From the sequence record NC_027395.1: DNA of 64,000 nucleotides. The stretch is one strand, 5' to 3'. The notes below the pieces were generated by a model. That model ran no database searches. It had not been told where the DNA came from and saw nothing but the letters and a program-made list of their open reading frames with translations. Below are positions 9,797-20,057 of the stretch, in pieces. The stretch is from Escherichia phage vB_EcoP_SU10. The translations under genes were made by a program, and so were the position numbers. Within the stretch, counting starts at the first letter, position 1. Each line of letters opens with the position of its first letter.

Positions 9797-12157
9797 ATGA
9801 TCGTTTATAATAACCAAGCACCTGATGCAGTGAATAACGTTGGGCAGTTTGGTGCTACTGAAGGCTCTATTGGAGCTTATAAGCAAGCCGCAGAATATGC
9901 AGCTGACTCCAAATATTGGGCACTGTTAGCAGAGTCTAAGTTTGGTACAATTGATGACCTGATCGCTGAAGTAGAACGTTTGTATCAGCAAGGTGTTCTG
10001 ATGAAGCAGGATATCGAAGATCTTAAGCAGGACTTTAAAGATCAAGATGCTCGTCTGATGAGTTTGATTGCTCAAACTAACGCAGCGGTATCAGATGCGA
10101 ATAATGCTGTAGCTCTAATTAATCAGAAACTTATTGAAGTCCAGAACCAGCTTGACGTTCTGTTAGGAATGTCCGTTGATGTAACCACACTTCCTCCGGG
10201 AACTCCGGCTACTGGTTCTTTTAATCCTAACACTGGTGTAATTTCTTTAGGTATCCCAGAAGGCGAACCCGGAAAGGATGGTTCTGTTAAGGATTTAGAC
10301 ACAGCTCCTACTGGTGTTCCAGAGCTAGGTGACTTGGGTTTCTATGTTGATAAAGATGACAATACCGTCCATAAAACTACTCTAGAGAATATTGCTAACT
10401 TAACCCCATCTGTTCGTTCTGTTTCTGTTAATGGGGGACCAGCTCTTGATGGAGAGGTTGCTCTAACAATCAACAAAGAGACAGTAGGTTTAGGAAATGT
10501 TCTGAATGTTGCTCAGTACAGTCGTCAAGAGATTAATGACAAATTTGACAAGACTACCAAGACATACCAATCAAAAGCAGAAGCTTATGCTGATGCTCAG
10601 TATCGTCAAGTAGGTGAGAAAGTTTTAGTTTGGGAAGCTACTAAGTATGAATTCTATACTGTTGCTGCTAACAAAACATTGACTCCAGTTAAAACTGAAG
10701 GTAGAATTCTTACCGTTAACTCCCGTTCTCCAGATTCCAGTGGTAACATTGACATTACCATTCCAACAGGAAACCCTTCTCTGTATCTTGGTGAGATGGT
10801 GATGTTCCCTTACGACCCATCTAAGAATATCTCCTACCCAGGAGTTCTTCCTGCTGATGGTCGTCTGGTATCAAAAGAATCTGCTTCAGATTTAGGCCCA
10901 TCCCTTGTCAGCGGACAGCTCCCTGTTGTTTCAGAAACTGAATGGCAATCGGGGGCTAAACAGTACTTCTCTTGGGGCAAGTTAGCAGACGGTATTACCG
11001 ATGCGGATTCTACTAATTTTATCAACATTCGACTCCCTGATTGGACTGGAGGGGAGGCAATAAGAGCACCAGATTCTGATAAAGACTCTCAGTACAATGG
11101 GTCTGTACAGGCTCAGAAACCTTATGTTGTTACTGTAAATAACCAAGCTCCTGATGAGATTACTGGTAATGTGAACATCTCCAGATCAATTTTAGGTGCT
11201 GCTTCTTCTGGAGCAAACTCTGACATTACATCTTTATCTGGACTCACAACACCGCTATCCATCTCTCAAGGTGGTACTGGAGCTAAAGATGCTGCTAGTG
11301 CCCGATCTAACTTGGGGTTGGGGAGTGTTTCCACTCTAGATAACGTCCCTATCGCTAGTGGTGGGACAGGGGCTGGAGATGCTGCTGGTGCAAGGTTTAA
11401 TCTTGGGTTAGGTAACTCAGCCACAATGAATACCGGAACTAACAGTGATAATGTTCTTAAGGTTGGTGATTTTGGAATTGGAAGACCTGACGGCGCTCTT
11501 GTTTTTGATACTACTTCACAAGACCAACTTCTTGCTGGACTTGACACTTATGGGCTGTGTGTGTTTAGGAATAACCAACAAATAGCAGCACCTTGGGACA
11601 TATGGAACTACTCCTCAAACCTTTTCTTTAGGGCGGGTGACACATACAGTATGATAAGTATTCCGTTTGAGTCTGCTGGTAAGATAAAAGTTTTTGGTGG
11701 TGCATCGGGCAGTGGGTGGAAAACCTCAAGGACGGTATATGATACTGTAAATACAACTGTTGACGTCAATGGCTTTATCAAAGCAGCGTCACCAATAGTT
11801 AAGGTATTCCATGACGGAAGTTTTGAAACAAACGAACAATCTGATGGAGTTAGTGTTAAGAAAATCTCCACCGGGGTTTATTTAATTTCAGGGTGTCTTG
11901 GTCTTAATTCTGATGCAGGATGGGGTGGTGTAGATGGAGGTTTTGAAATCCCAATAGACCGAAACAAACAACCTAGAGTTTGGCTTGACTATGAGGTTAA
12001 AGAGGATGGTTCTCTTTTAATTAAAACTTATCATAGAACCCATTCAACATCCCCAGCTTTTGCTAGAAACGAGTTGGAAGGTTTTTCTGACGGAGACCCT
12101 GTTGACATTCCTAAGGATGCGTTCATTTCGGTTCGTGTTGAAATGCCTTCTAAGTAA
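9797..12157 (+). CDS. Tail fiber protein
   Basis: 786 aa; repeated GGTGA...ARxNLGLG fiber-repeat motifs around residues 480-540. Confidence 0.7.
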   Translation: MIVYNNQAPDAVNNVGQFGATEGSIGAYKQAAEYAADSKYWALLAESKFGTIDDLIAEVERLYQQGVLMKQDIEDLKQDFKDQDARLMSLIAQTNAAVSDANNAVALINQKLIEVQNQLDVLLGMSVDVTTLPPGTPATGSFNPNTGVISLGIPEGEPGKDGSVKDLDTAPTGVPELGDLGFYVDKDDNTVHKTTLENIANLTPSVRSVSVNGGPALDGEVALTINKETVGLGNVLNVAQYSRQEINDKFDKTTKTYQSKAEAYADAQYRQVGEKVLVWEATKYEFYTVAANKTLTPVKTEGRILTVNSRSPDSSGNIDITIPTGNPSLYLGEMVMFPYDPSKNISYPGVLPADGRLVSKESASDLGPSLVSGQLPVVSETEWQSGAKQYFSWGKLADGITDADSTNFINIRLPDWTGGEAIRAPDSDKDSQYNGSVQAQKPYVVTVNNQAPDEITGNVNISRSILGAASSGANSDITSLSGLTTPLSISQGGTGAKDAASARSNLGLGSVSTLDNVPIASGGTGAGDAAGARFNLGLGNSATMNTGTNSDNVLKVGDFGIGRPDGALVFDTTSQDQLLAGLDTYGLCVFRNNQQIAAPWDIWNYSSNLFFRAGDTYSMISIPFESAGKIKVFGGASGSGWKTSRTVYDTVNTTVDVNGFIKAASPIVKVFHDGSFETNEQSDGVSVKKISTGVYLISGCLGLNSDAGWGGVDGGFEIPIDRNKQPRVWLDYEVKEDGSLLIKTYHRTHSTSPAFARNELEGFSDGDPVDIPKDAFISVRVEMPSK

Positions 12158-12185
12158 ATTAACAATGCTCCCTTCGGGGAGCTTT
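12157..12185 (+). terminator. UUCG-tetraloop stem-loop after tail fiber gene (weak terminator or RNA stability element)
   Basis: GCTCCC-ttcg-GGGAGC hairpin at 12167-12182; only a short T-run follows. Confidence 0.3.
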
Positions 12186-12197
12186 AAGGAGATTTAA

Positions 12198-14369
12198 ATG
12201 GCTAGAGAATTAATGCCCAAATCTGGTATAATGATGCCTCATGTGGTTGTAACCAGAGATGCGGCTGTTGTTGGTGTTTCTACCGTAGATGGACAGGCAG
12301 GGGCTATTGACCTCACTGGAAAGTATCTACAGAAAACTGACGCAGCTGCTACCTACCAGACTAAAACAGAAGGCGCATCTAAAGATTTTGTGCTGGATTC
12401 AATTCAACCTATTATGTCTGGTGCTTTGTTCCGAGAAGATCCTTGGGTTGTGAACGACACACCTTTCCGCTCTACTGGAGCTAACGGAGTAGAGTCAGTG
12501 GATATGATGAAGGTCACTCCTGATAACTCAATTAAGATTGGCAGCTATGCTTCCTCGGTTCAAGGCGTAGAAATTCATTCTGCTGGTCGTCTTCAGGTTG
12601 TTGACCAGAATGACAGTGGTGTAGAAACTAAGTATCCAGTTTATTCTAAACGTTATCGTCCCGAGATTGAGGATTTACCTTTCGCTGCGATTGGTTCTTA
12701 TGTTAAAGACTCCAAAGGTCGGACTATCGGTGTTACTCGTACAGGGATTAACTCTGATATCAAACAGCTTACTCAGAAAGTAACTTTTACCCAACCTGTT
12801 ACTGTAGCAGATGCTGTAGGCGATTATGATGCAGTGACACTGAGGCAACTTCGTAACAGTGGTGGCGGTTCTGGTGGTCCTACCATGAGTGGTATCTCAA
12901 ACTTTGGTATCGGTGATTTCCATCTTCGTGACAGTCGTGCTTTCATCCCCGCCTTCGAGGTTGTGTCGGATGGGCAGCTTTTGAATCGTGCTGACTACCC
13001 AGATTTATGGGCTTATGCACAACTGCTATCCCCAATTGAAGACTCTCTTTGGTTGTCTAATATCTATCAGAGGGGTAGGTATTCTACCGGAAACGGTACA
13101 ACAACTTTCCGTGTTCCTGACCGAAATGGCATCCAAGAGGGGTCACTGAGAGCTTTATATGGCCGTGGTGATGGTGGTAATTCTGCTGCAAACGGTCAAG
13201 TGTTTGATTCTGCTGCACCGAACATCACATATGCGTCCCCTCACACAATGGTAACACTAGCCTCCGCTCCTGGGCAGGTGGCGACTAACGGGGCAATTCA
13301 ATCAATCACCTCTACAGACGATGTGGCTCCAGTGGGGGCTGGAGGTAAATACATATCCACAAACTTTGACGCATCGCGTTCCAGTCCTATTTATGGTCGC
13401 TCCACTGATGAGATTCTGACCCGTAACTTTGTTGGTGTTTGGACTATCCGTGCTCATGGTGGTTTTGTAGCAGCTAATACTTCTTGGTCTGTTATCAACA
13501 GGGACAGCGCAGCTCCGGCTTTAAACACTTCTGTAGTTGGTGGTAAGGTGGAATCTAAATACACTAACCCAACCTCCTCTCAATATGCTCGTATGTATAT
13601 TTCCTCTTCTTGGGGGAGTGTTTGTTCTGCCGTGATTGAAGCACAAGGTACAAGTACTCACGCTTATAAGTTTTATGAGGATGGCACTGTTGATTTTAGG
13701 CAGTCTGGTAAGACAAACCCATTCCGCATGTACACACCAACTGGAATTTGGACTGGACTGACGGATGCGGGGCCAAACAATTTAACCACCAATGGAATGG
13801 ATAGGGTGGCGATTTCTAGTGGCTCTGACACAGTGGTGCGTGGGTACTCTATTGGAGGATCTAAACCTAATGGTTATCCAACCAAGGTTGGGCATCATAT
13901 GTATTTGCCGGGAAATGACGCCTTCGGTATCGCCTGTACAACTATTGGAGGAGACAACGGAAGGTTCTGTCGATATTTTTACGACATAGACGGGCAGATG
14001 TATGGCTCAACTGATTATGGAAACTTTAGCTATACAAAGAGTGGTGTCTCGGATGAAAACCTGAAACATAACATTGTTGATATTGATGCAGAAAGAGCTA
14101 TTGAAGTAATAAAAGGACTGAAGTTCAAATCCTTTGTTTACAACGATGATGAGAAGAATCGATCTCGTCGTGGTATCATTGCACAGCAGGCAGAGACGGT
14201 AGAACCTCTGTATGTTAAGACTCGCAAATACCCAGGAATGGAGAAAGGCTCTCCAGAAATTGAGCAGAAAGAGCTAGACACTACTCCAATGCTCCTTGAC
14301 ACTATGCAAGTAGTTCAAGATCTTCTGAAGCGTATTGAAGTTCTGGAATCGAAGTTAGCAGAGAAGTAA
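12198..14369 (+). CDS. Tail fiber/spike with C-terminal intramolecular chaperone (peptidase S74-like) domain
   Basis: 723 aa; C-terminal SDENLKHNIVDID...FVYNDD motif typical of autoproteolytic chaperone domains; collar-like DYPDLWAY segment. Confidence 0.75.
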   Translation: MARELMPKSGIMMPHVVVTRDAAVVGVSTVDGQAGAIDLTGKYLQKTDAAATYQTKTEGASKDFVLDSIQPIMSGALFREDPWVVNDTPFRSTGANGVESVDMMKVTPDNSIKIGSYASSVQGVEIHSAGRLQVVDQNDSGVETKYPVYSKRYRPEIEDLPFAAIGSYVKDSKGRTIGVTRTGINSDIKQLTQKVTFTQPVTVADAVGDYDAVTLRQLRNSGGGSGGPTMSGISNFGIGDFHLRDSRAFIPAFEVVSDGQLLNRADYPDLWAYAQLLSPIEDSLWLSNIYQRGRYSTGNGTTTFRVPDRNGIQEGSLRALYGRGDGGNSAANGQVFDSAAPNITYASPHTMVTLASAPGQVATNGAIQSITSTDDVAPVGAGGKYISTNFDASRSSPIYGRSTDEILTRNFVGVWTIRAHGGFVAANTSWSVINRDSAAPALNTSVVGGKVESKYTNPTSSQYARMYISSSWGSVCSAVIEAQGTSTHAYKFYEDGTVDFRQSGKTNPFRMYTPTGIWTGLTDAGPNNLTTNGMDRVAISSGSDTVVRGYSIGGSKPNGYPTKVGHHMYLPGNDAFGIACTTIGGDNGRFCRYFYDIDGQMYGSTDYGNFSYTKSGVSDENLKHNIVDIDAERAIEVIKGLKFKSFVYNDDEKNRSRRGIIAQQAETVEPLYVKTRKYPGMEKGSPEIEQKELDTTPMLLDTMQVVQDLLKRIEVLESKLAEK

Positions 14370-14373
14370 GATA

Positions 14374-14392
14374 AGCCCCTTCGGGGGCTTTA
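14374..14392 (+). terminator. UUCG-tetraloop stem-loop (weak terminator)
   Basis: AGCCCC-ttcg-GGGGCT hairpin after tail fiber stop; short T-run. Confidence 0.35.
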
Positions 14393-14461
14393 GTAGTAAG
14401 TACCCTTAGTAAGTAATGAAACTAATATATCCCAAGAGGTTAATATATAGGAGACACTCAA

Positions 14462-14680
14462 ATGAAAATGATGAAACAAGCTGCATATGGTTTAATATGT
14501 TTAGGCGCAGGTGTTGTGGTATCCACCGCAGTTCCTGTAGGCGCAGTTCATCCATTAGTAACTGTCCCTGCTCCAGTAGAGAAGCTCAGCTCTCAATGTA
14601 AGCAGAGAACAATTCAAAATAACTTAGTTGTTATTTGCCCTGATGCTGAATCTAACGCTCTGAGAAAGATACTACCTTAA
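14462..14680 (+). CDS. Small single-TM membrane/secreted protein (72 aa); holin candidate
   Basis: AGGAGA RBS; N-terminal hydrophobic segment AAYGLICLGAGVVVSTAVPVGAV; immediately upstream of lysozyme. Confidence 0.45.
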   Translation: MKMMKQAAYGLICLGAGVVVSTAVPVGAVHPLVTVPAPVEKLSSQCKQRTIQNNLVVICPDAESNALRKILP

Positions 14681-14709
14681 TTTAAAGGGACTACAAAAGG
14701 AGGTTAGAA

Positions 14710-15201
14710 ATGGATAACGTCGCATTGCCACCTGTACAACTAAACTTAAGCCCAGCTGGAATGGAATTCATCATGAAGCATGAGGGTATGAGAACAAAGG
14801 CTTATAAAGATTCCGCAGGTATCTGGACGATATGTGTAGGGGCTACGCGCGATATGAATGGTTATCCGGTTAGACAAGGATTAACGTATTCTATAGAGGA
14901 TTGTCTAGCTCTGCTAGATAGAGACACACAAGACTCTGTTCGTGCTACTCAGAAGAACATAAAGGTTCCTTTACTAGTTCATGAGTTTGATGCACTCACT
15001 TCTTTCAACTTCAATGTTGGCAGTGGGGCTTTGAGCACATCTAAGTTAAGGAAGGTTATCAATGGAGAAGTGAAAGGGGATGTTTATTCCGAATTTCTTC
15101 GTTGGGATAAAATAACGGTCAGGGGAGAAAAGCAGAGAAGTCAGGGTCTTCATAACAGAAGGGTTGCAGAAGCTGATCTTTACACTGAAGGTAAATATTA
15201 A
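14710..15201 (+). CDS. Lysozyme (T4-type, GH24 family endolysin)
   Basis: 163 aa; E-x8-D-x5-T catalytic spacing in MKHEGMRTKAYKDSAGIWTICVG; AAGGAGG RBS. Confidence 0.85.
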   Translation: MDNVALPPVQLNLSPAGMEFIMKHEGMRTKAYKDSAGIWTICVGATRDMNGYPVRQGLTYSIEDCLALLDRDTQDSVRATQKNIKVPLLVHEFDALTSFNFNVGSGALSTSKLRKVINGEVKGDVYSEFLRWDKITVRGEKQRSQGLHNRRVAEADLYTEGKY

Positions 15202-15213
15202 TGGAGGTGCCTT

Positions 15214-16017
15214 TTGGCTATCGAAACTAATGCGGTAGTTATTACCGACTTAAACCCGCTCTATCCTAGAGACAGGGATTACATCTACGAAGGGGCGGCT
15301 CAAATCCGCCTCATTAAGCAAACGTTACAGAACACATTCCCCAATGTTACAGAACCGGTTGATATAGATTCTGACACCTTTAAGATTATGTCAGAGAAGC
15401 TCAAGTTTACTGGTGATGCAATGGATGTTGGTGGTCTTATGATCAAGAACGTTACTCCGGGAACTGGTGACAAGGATGTTGTTACTAAAGGCCAGATGGA
15501 AGCGTTCATGAAGAACTGGATGGAGAATAAGCTCTATCGAATTGGTTCTTACTACATCACTGAAGAAGATATTAACCCCGGTGATTCCATCTCCTTAGGG
15601 TTTGGCTCTTGGGCTAAAGTGACTGGTGTTATCATGGGTACTGGTGTAGTAAACCCTGATGGTTCTGTCCCTAATGCTCAGAGAGTTGAGTTCCAAGCAG
15701 GTGGTACTGGTGGTCGTGTCTTCAATACTATTCGAACTGAGAACGTACCTTTGATGACAGTTAATGGCTCCAGCTTCTCTCTATCCAGTAATACTCATAG
15801 TCACAATATGGTGTTTGGTCGTGGAGATGCTAGTGGTCATAACAGCTCACCAAACTGGTATAGTCCGGGTGGTGGTTACAGCCAGAGAACTGATAATGAC
15901 ACACATACTCATACAATCTCTGGTAGTGTAAGTCTTGGTCGTGATGATATTTCTCGTCAACCTATTAACACTTTGCCACCATTCAGAGCAGCTCACATTT
16001 GGAGACGTATTAGCTAA
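15214..16017 (+). CDS. Hypothetical virion/tail protein (267 aa; TTG start)
   Basis: GGAGGTG RBS 4 nt upstream of TTG; Gly/Ser-rich C-terminal half. Confidence 0.55.
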   Translation: MAIETNAVVITDLNPLYPRDRDYIYEGAAQIRLIKQTLQNTFPNVTEPVDIDSDTFKIMSEKLKFTGDAMDVGGLMIKNVTPGTGDKDVVTKGQMEAFMKNWMENKLYRIGSYYITEEDINPGDSISLGFGSWAKVTGVIMGTGVVNPDGSVPNAQRVEFQAGGTGGRVFNTIRTENVPLMTVNGSSFSLSSNTHSHNMVFGRGDASGHNSSPNWYSPGGGYSQRTDNDTHTHTISGSVSLGRDDISRQPINTLPPFRAAHIWRRIS

Positions 16018-16026
16018 GGAGGAATT

Positions 16027-19000
16027 ATGGCGCTGTATCCAATAAAGTCACTAGGTGCTGTAGGCGTTATCGCTGACCAAGCTCCGACAGACTTAGCTCC
16101 TAATGCTTTCACTAATGCTATAAATGCTCGATTTGTTGAGCAGAGAGTATTTAAGACGGGGGGCAATGCCCCTCTTTCTTATGTAGATGAAGATAAGGAT
16201 TTAACCCCTCTGTCTTTCGTTTCTATGCCTTTCGATTATTATAGCGCAGGTAATAGCTTTCTTGTTGTAGGTACTAATAAGAAGTTATATAAACTGACAG
16301 ATGAAAGCTTGACTGATATTAGCCGTAAGGTTGCTACAGTCACTAAGAAGGCTTCTGCCTCAATTAAGATTTATCCAGTTGTTTCTCAGATCGTTCCTAA
16401 AGAATCAACTATCTCAATGAACTTCAATCAGACCAAGAATCTAGAGGTTTCTCTTCTCCCTGCTGATGCTAACAATACCAATCTTATTTGGGAGGTTAGT
16501 AACTCATCCTATGGAAGTATTACGGTAGACCCTAGTGACTCTAAACTTGCTACTCTAACATCTTTTGAGAAAGAGGGTAATCTTGTAGTAACTATCTCTA
16601 CTGCCAATGAATCCGTAGTGGCTCAGATTGCTGTTAATATCATCGATGGTGATTCAGGCATCTTCTTGAGTCAAGATACTGTTACAATTCGTAAAGGAGG
16701 GACTACTACTCTCACGGCTGTTACTGGTAAAACTCCTGTAACTTGGTCCAGCAATAATGCTTCTATTGTATCCGTAACCCCTAACGCCAACTCTTTAACT
16801 GCTGTCATTACAGCGAACGGAGAAGGTAATGTAACAATCACTGCTGATAACGGGACTAAGACTGCTTCTTGTGAGATTGTTTCTATCCCTCAGATTGATA
16901 GTATCTCTTTAAGCCAGTCAGATGTTACTGTGAGTAGAGGTTCTCAGTATATTTTAACTGCCACCCTTTCTCCTGCTAACGCCCCTAATCAAAATATTAC
17001 TTGGACCTCTTCTAACCCAAATATTGCAACAGTATCAGGGACTAGCACACAAGGGACGATCAACGCTCTGCTTGCTGGTTTTACTGAGATTACAGCTACC
17101 ACTGAAGAAGGTAACAGAGTTGCTGTCTGTACTGTACGTGTGGATTTAGCTGGAAGGACAATGAGAACAAGTGCTATGGCATTTGCCGCTCCTGTGTCAG
17201 AGTCAGTAGAAACTCAAGAGGAAGAAGTAGTAACTCCTCCTGAAAGTGAAGAGACGGTTTATTTTGCTGAGCCTACATCCGGTATTGATACGTCAGGGAT
17301 GTATGAAGGTAACAACTTCTATGACTACTCTAACGTGAATGATATTGAAGGTTTTGCAAGAGCTTCTTTACTGGCAACCCCTTTGTCATCTGTAACCTTA
17401 GATATTGTCAGCGCTTCTCTTGATGTTGGTGAAGAGATTGTCATTACAGCCACAGCTTCTCCAGAAGGTGAGTACTCTTATCAGTGGTCTGTTGATAAAA
17501 CTGGTTATGTTTCTACAACTTCAGTTACTGGTAAATCTATCAAACTGGTTGCTCTTCGTAAAGGAGAGATTAACGTAACATGTACTGTCAGTCAGATGAC
17601 TCAGAAAGATTACGATGCTTTTGATGACTATCCTTGGTATCACGCTGTTATCTCTAACTGTGCAGTTGCTACAACTCACTATGAAACTCCTCAGGTAAAA
17701 GAATTCGAATCAGAATACTTTGTAGACCTTCCGGGGTGGGGTGAGCAAACAGTTGTTGATAACGATGGAAACCCTTCAGTCAAGAAGTTTAACTGGAAAT
17801 GTGAAAGAGTAAGATCTTTTAACAACCGTCTTTTTGCTCTGAATATGAGAGAAGCTAATGCTTCTGGTGTTACCACTAACTATCCGCTTCGTCTTCGTTG
17901 GTCTAACTTTGCCAATGAGAACAAGGCTCCTACACTGTGGGATGACTTTGCCTATGATCGAGTTGTGTCTTCGGACTTAGCTTCTAACATCGTAGGGCAG
18001 ACTCAGGCTCTAGAGAATGGGTATGCTGGTTACATTGACTTAGCAGATTCTAATGGTAGCTTGATTGATATCCTACCTCTTAAGGATTACTTGTTCGTTT
18101 ATACAGAGTTTGAAACGTATATTGGTTCTCCGACTAATAACACGTACCAACCTCTAATGTTCAAGAAGCTCTTTAACGACTCTGGTATCCTTGCTCCCGA
18201 GTGTGTGGTTGAAGTAGAAGGTAGTCACTTCGTAGTTACTCAGAACGATGTAATCTTACACAATGGTGCAACCAAGAAATCAATTGCATCTAACCGTGTT
18301 AAGAATATGTTGATTAATGAGGTGTGTCTGGTTAACCCTCTAGCAACTCGAGTACACTTGCATCAGGATAAGAAAGAAGTTTGGGTTCTGTACGTAGGTC
18401 CGGGAGAACCAAAAGAAAGCTTCGCTTGTACTAAAGCTGCTGTATGGAATTATGAGTTTGATACTTGGTCTTTCCGTACTATTCCATATGCTCAGTGTAT
18501 CGGTCTTGTTGATCCTCCTGTTTTAGAAAGAGGTCCAATCTGGTCTGACTTCCAAGAAATCACTTGGGATGACCCATCTATTAAAGAACTCGTTTGGAGA
18601 AAGGATGCAACAAACTTTAGACAGAGGGTTACGATAGTAGGTTCATTCTTGAAGGGATTCTATCAAGTGGATGTAGGTGCTCTTGATTATTTCTATGACA
18701 GGCTAAACGATGTTGTTATAGAGAAGCCTCTGGAAATGAGGTTGGAGAGGACTGGTATAGATTTTGATAATGTGACTAATGAGTGGAATCAGAAGCATAT
18801 TAACAGGTTCCGGCCTCAGACAACCGGTTCAGGTACTTACATATTTGAAGCTGGTGGTAGTCAATTCTCAAATGAATATGGACACCCACACACATCGAAG
18901 ACTTATACAATTGGTGTTGACAGGCATGTCTCGGTGAGACTGAACCATCCATACCTTTTCTATAATGTTATAGATAATGATGTTAACAGTAATGCTGCTA

Positions 19001-19044
19001 TCAATGGTTTAACGATAGAGTTTGCTGTTGGCGGGCGGAGATAA
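16027..19044 (+). CDS. Large structural protein with tandem Ig-like (Big_2-like) domains
   Basis: 1005 aa; at least three Big_2-like segments (e.g. VTWSSNNASIVSVTPNANSLTAVITANGEGNVTITA). Confidence 0.65.
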   Translation: MALYPIKSLGAVGVIADQAPTDLAPNAFTNAINARFVEQRVFKTGGNAPLSYVDEDKDLTPLSFVSMPFDYYSAGNSFLVVGTNKKLYKLTDESLTDISRKVATVTKKASASIKIYPVVSQIVPKESTISMNFNQTKNLEVSLLPADANNTNLIWEVSNSSYGSITVDPSDSKLATLTSFEKEGNLVVTISTANESVVAQIAVNIIDGDSGIFLSQDTVTIRKGGTTTLTAVTGKTPVTWSSNNASIVSVTPNANSLTAVITANGEGNVTITADNGTKTASCEIVSIPQIDSISLSQSDVTVSRGSQYILTATLSPANAPNQNITWTSSNPNIATVSGTSTQGTINALLAGFTEITATTEEGNRVAVCTVRVDLAGRTMRTSAMAFAAPVSESVETQEEEVVTPPESEETVYFAEPTSGIDTSGMYEGNNFYDYSNVNDIEGFARASLLATPLSSVTLDIVSASLDVGEEIVITATASPEGEYSYQWSVDKTGYVSTTSVTGKSIKLVALRKGEINVTCTVSQMTQKDYDAFDDYPWYHAVISNCAVATTHYETPQVKEFESEYFVDLPGWGEQTVVDNDGNPSVKKFNWKCERVRSFNNRLFALNMREANASGVTTNYPLRLRWSNFANENKAPTLWDDFAYDRVVSSDLASNIVGQTQALENGYAGYIDLADSNGSLIDILPLKDYLFVYTEFETYIGSPTNNTYQPLMFKKLFNDSGILAPECVVEVEGSHFVVTQNDVILHNGATKKSIASNRVKNMLINEVCLVNPLATRVHLHQDKKEVWVLYVGPGEPKESFACTKAAVWNYEFDTWSFRTIPYAQCIGLVDPPVLERGPIWSDFQEITWDDPSIKELVWRKDATNFRQRVTIVGSFLKGFYQVDVGALDYFYDRLNDVVIEKPLEMRLERTGIDFDNVTNEWNQKHINRFRPQTTGSGTYIFEAGGSQFSNEYGHPHTSKTYTIGVDRHVSVRLNHPYLFYNVIDNDVNSNAAINGLTIEFAVGGRR

Positions 19045-19050
19045 CAACAA

Positions 19051-19078
19051 GGGGCTTCGTGCCCCTTTTATTGTTTTG
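19051..19078 (+). terminator. Rho-independent terminator
   Basis: GGGGC-ttcgt-GCCCC followed by TTTTATTGTTTT. Confidence 0.6.
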
Positions 19079-19087
19079 GAGGAACTT

Positions 19088-20056
19088 ATGGGTGCAGGTG
19101 GTTTTCGTAAGAATACTGGTCGCAACAACACCACACTCCCGTACAACGTTGGGTTTCTCAATAATGTACAGGACACAGAAACATATAACGTAGCCGTGTA
19201 TGATGAATTACAAAAAGTTAGCACAGCTACTAACCAAATGTTCCAAGCTATAGATGAAATTCACGAAGAGATTGATGTTCGTATTAAAGCTCTTAATGCA
19301 ATGAATCTACAATTTGATGAGCTTGAGAATAGAATTACTACAGAGATAGAAACAGCTATTGCAGATATCCAAACCCAGATGGGGAACCTGTCCACTGAGG
19401 ACATTTGGGATAACTCTGTTCAACCTCCTGTAAAACTAGAAAGCACTGTATCTGGTTTTAAGACTAGCATCGAAGGCAACACAACTAAGATTCAGACAGT
19501 AGAAGGTATTGTTAATGATCAAGGTCAAGAGATTGCTCTTGTTCAGACAGAACTACAAAATATCAACGGAAGCCTCTCTCAGTATATGAAACTCTCTGAG
19601 TATGAAGCTACGTGGGGTGTTAACTCTACAGTCAACGGAAGGTATGCTGGGGTCAAGTTAACTAACAATGGAACAAACAGTCAATTCCAAGTAACAGCTA
19701 ACAAGTTTATTGTTGGTGATGGCAGCTCTGGTAACACACCTTTTGTGTTTGAGGGTGGTAGGGCTAGGATGGAATTCGCTGACATAAAGAACGTCAATAT
19801 CACAACAGCTCAGATTGCTAACGCTAGAATCCAATGGGCACAGATCGATAACGTATCCATCTCCAATGCTCAGATTCAGAACTTGTCAGCGGATAAGATT
19901 ACTGCTGGCTCTATGTGGGGTTCTAACTGGAGACTTACTGTTGGTGGGGACTTTGTTATGGGTGGCACAGGTGGGGCACAATTGTGGATGAATGGTAACA
20001 GAATAGACTTCTACGATGGAAGCGGTGCTCTGAGAATCAGGATAGGGAGTTGGTAA
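19088..20056 (+). CDS. Structural protein (322 aa; start moved to ATG 19088)
   Basis: GGAGGA RBS after terminator; repeated ...AQIxNxxIxxAQI... fiber-like pattern. Confidence 0.55.
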   Translation: MGAGGFRKNTGRNNTTLPYNVGFLNNVQDTETYNVAVYDELQKVSTATNQMFQAIDEIHEEIDVRIKALNAMNLQFDELENRITTEIETAIADIQTQMGNLSTEDIWDNSVQPPVKLESTVSGFKTSIEGNTTKIQTVEGIVNDQGQEIALVQTELQNINGSLSQYMKLSEYEATWGVNSTVNGRYAGVKLTNNGTNSQFQVTANKFIVGDGSSGNTPFVFEGGRARMEFADIKNVNITTAQIANARIQWAQIDNVSISNAQIQNLSADKITAGSMWGSNWRLTVGGDFVMGGTGGAQLWMNGNRIDFYDGSGALRIRIGSW

Positions 20057-20057
20057 T

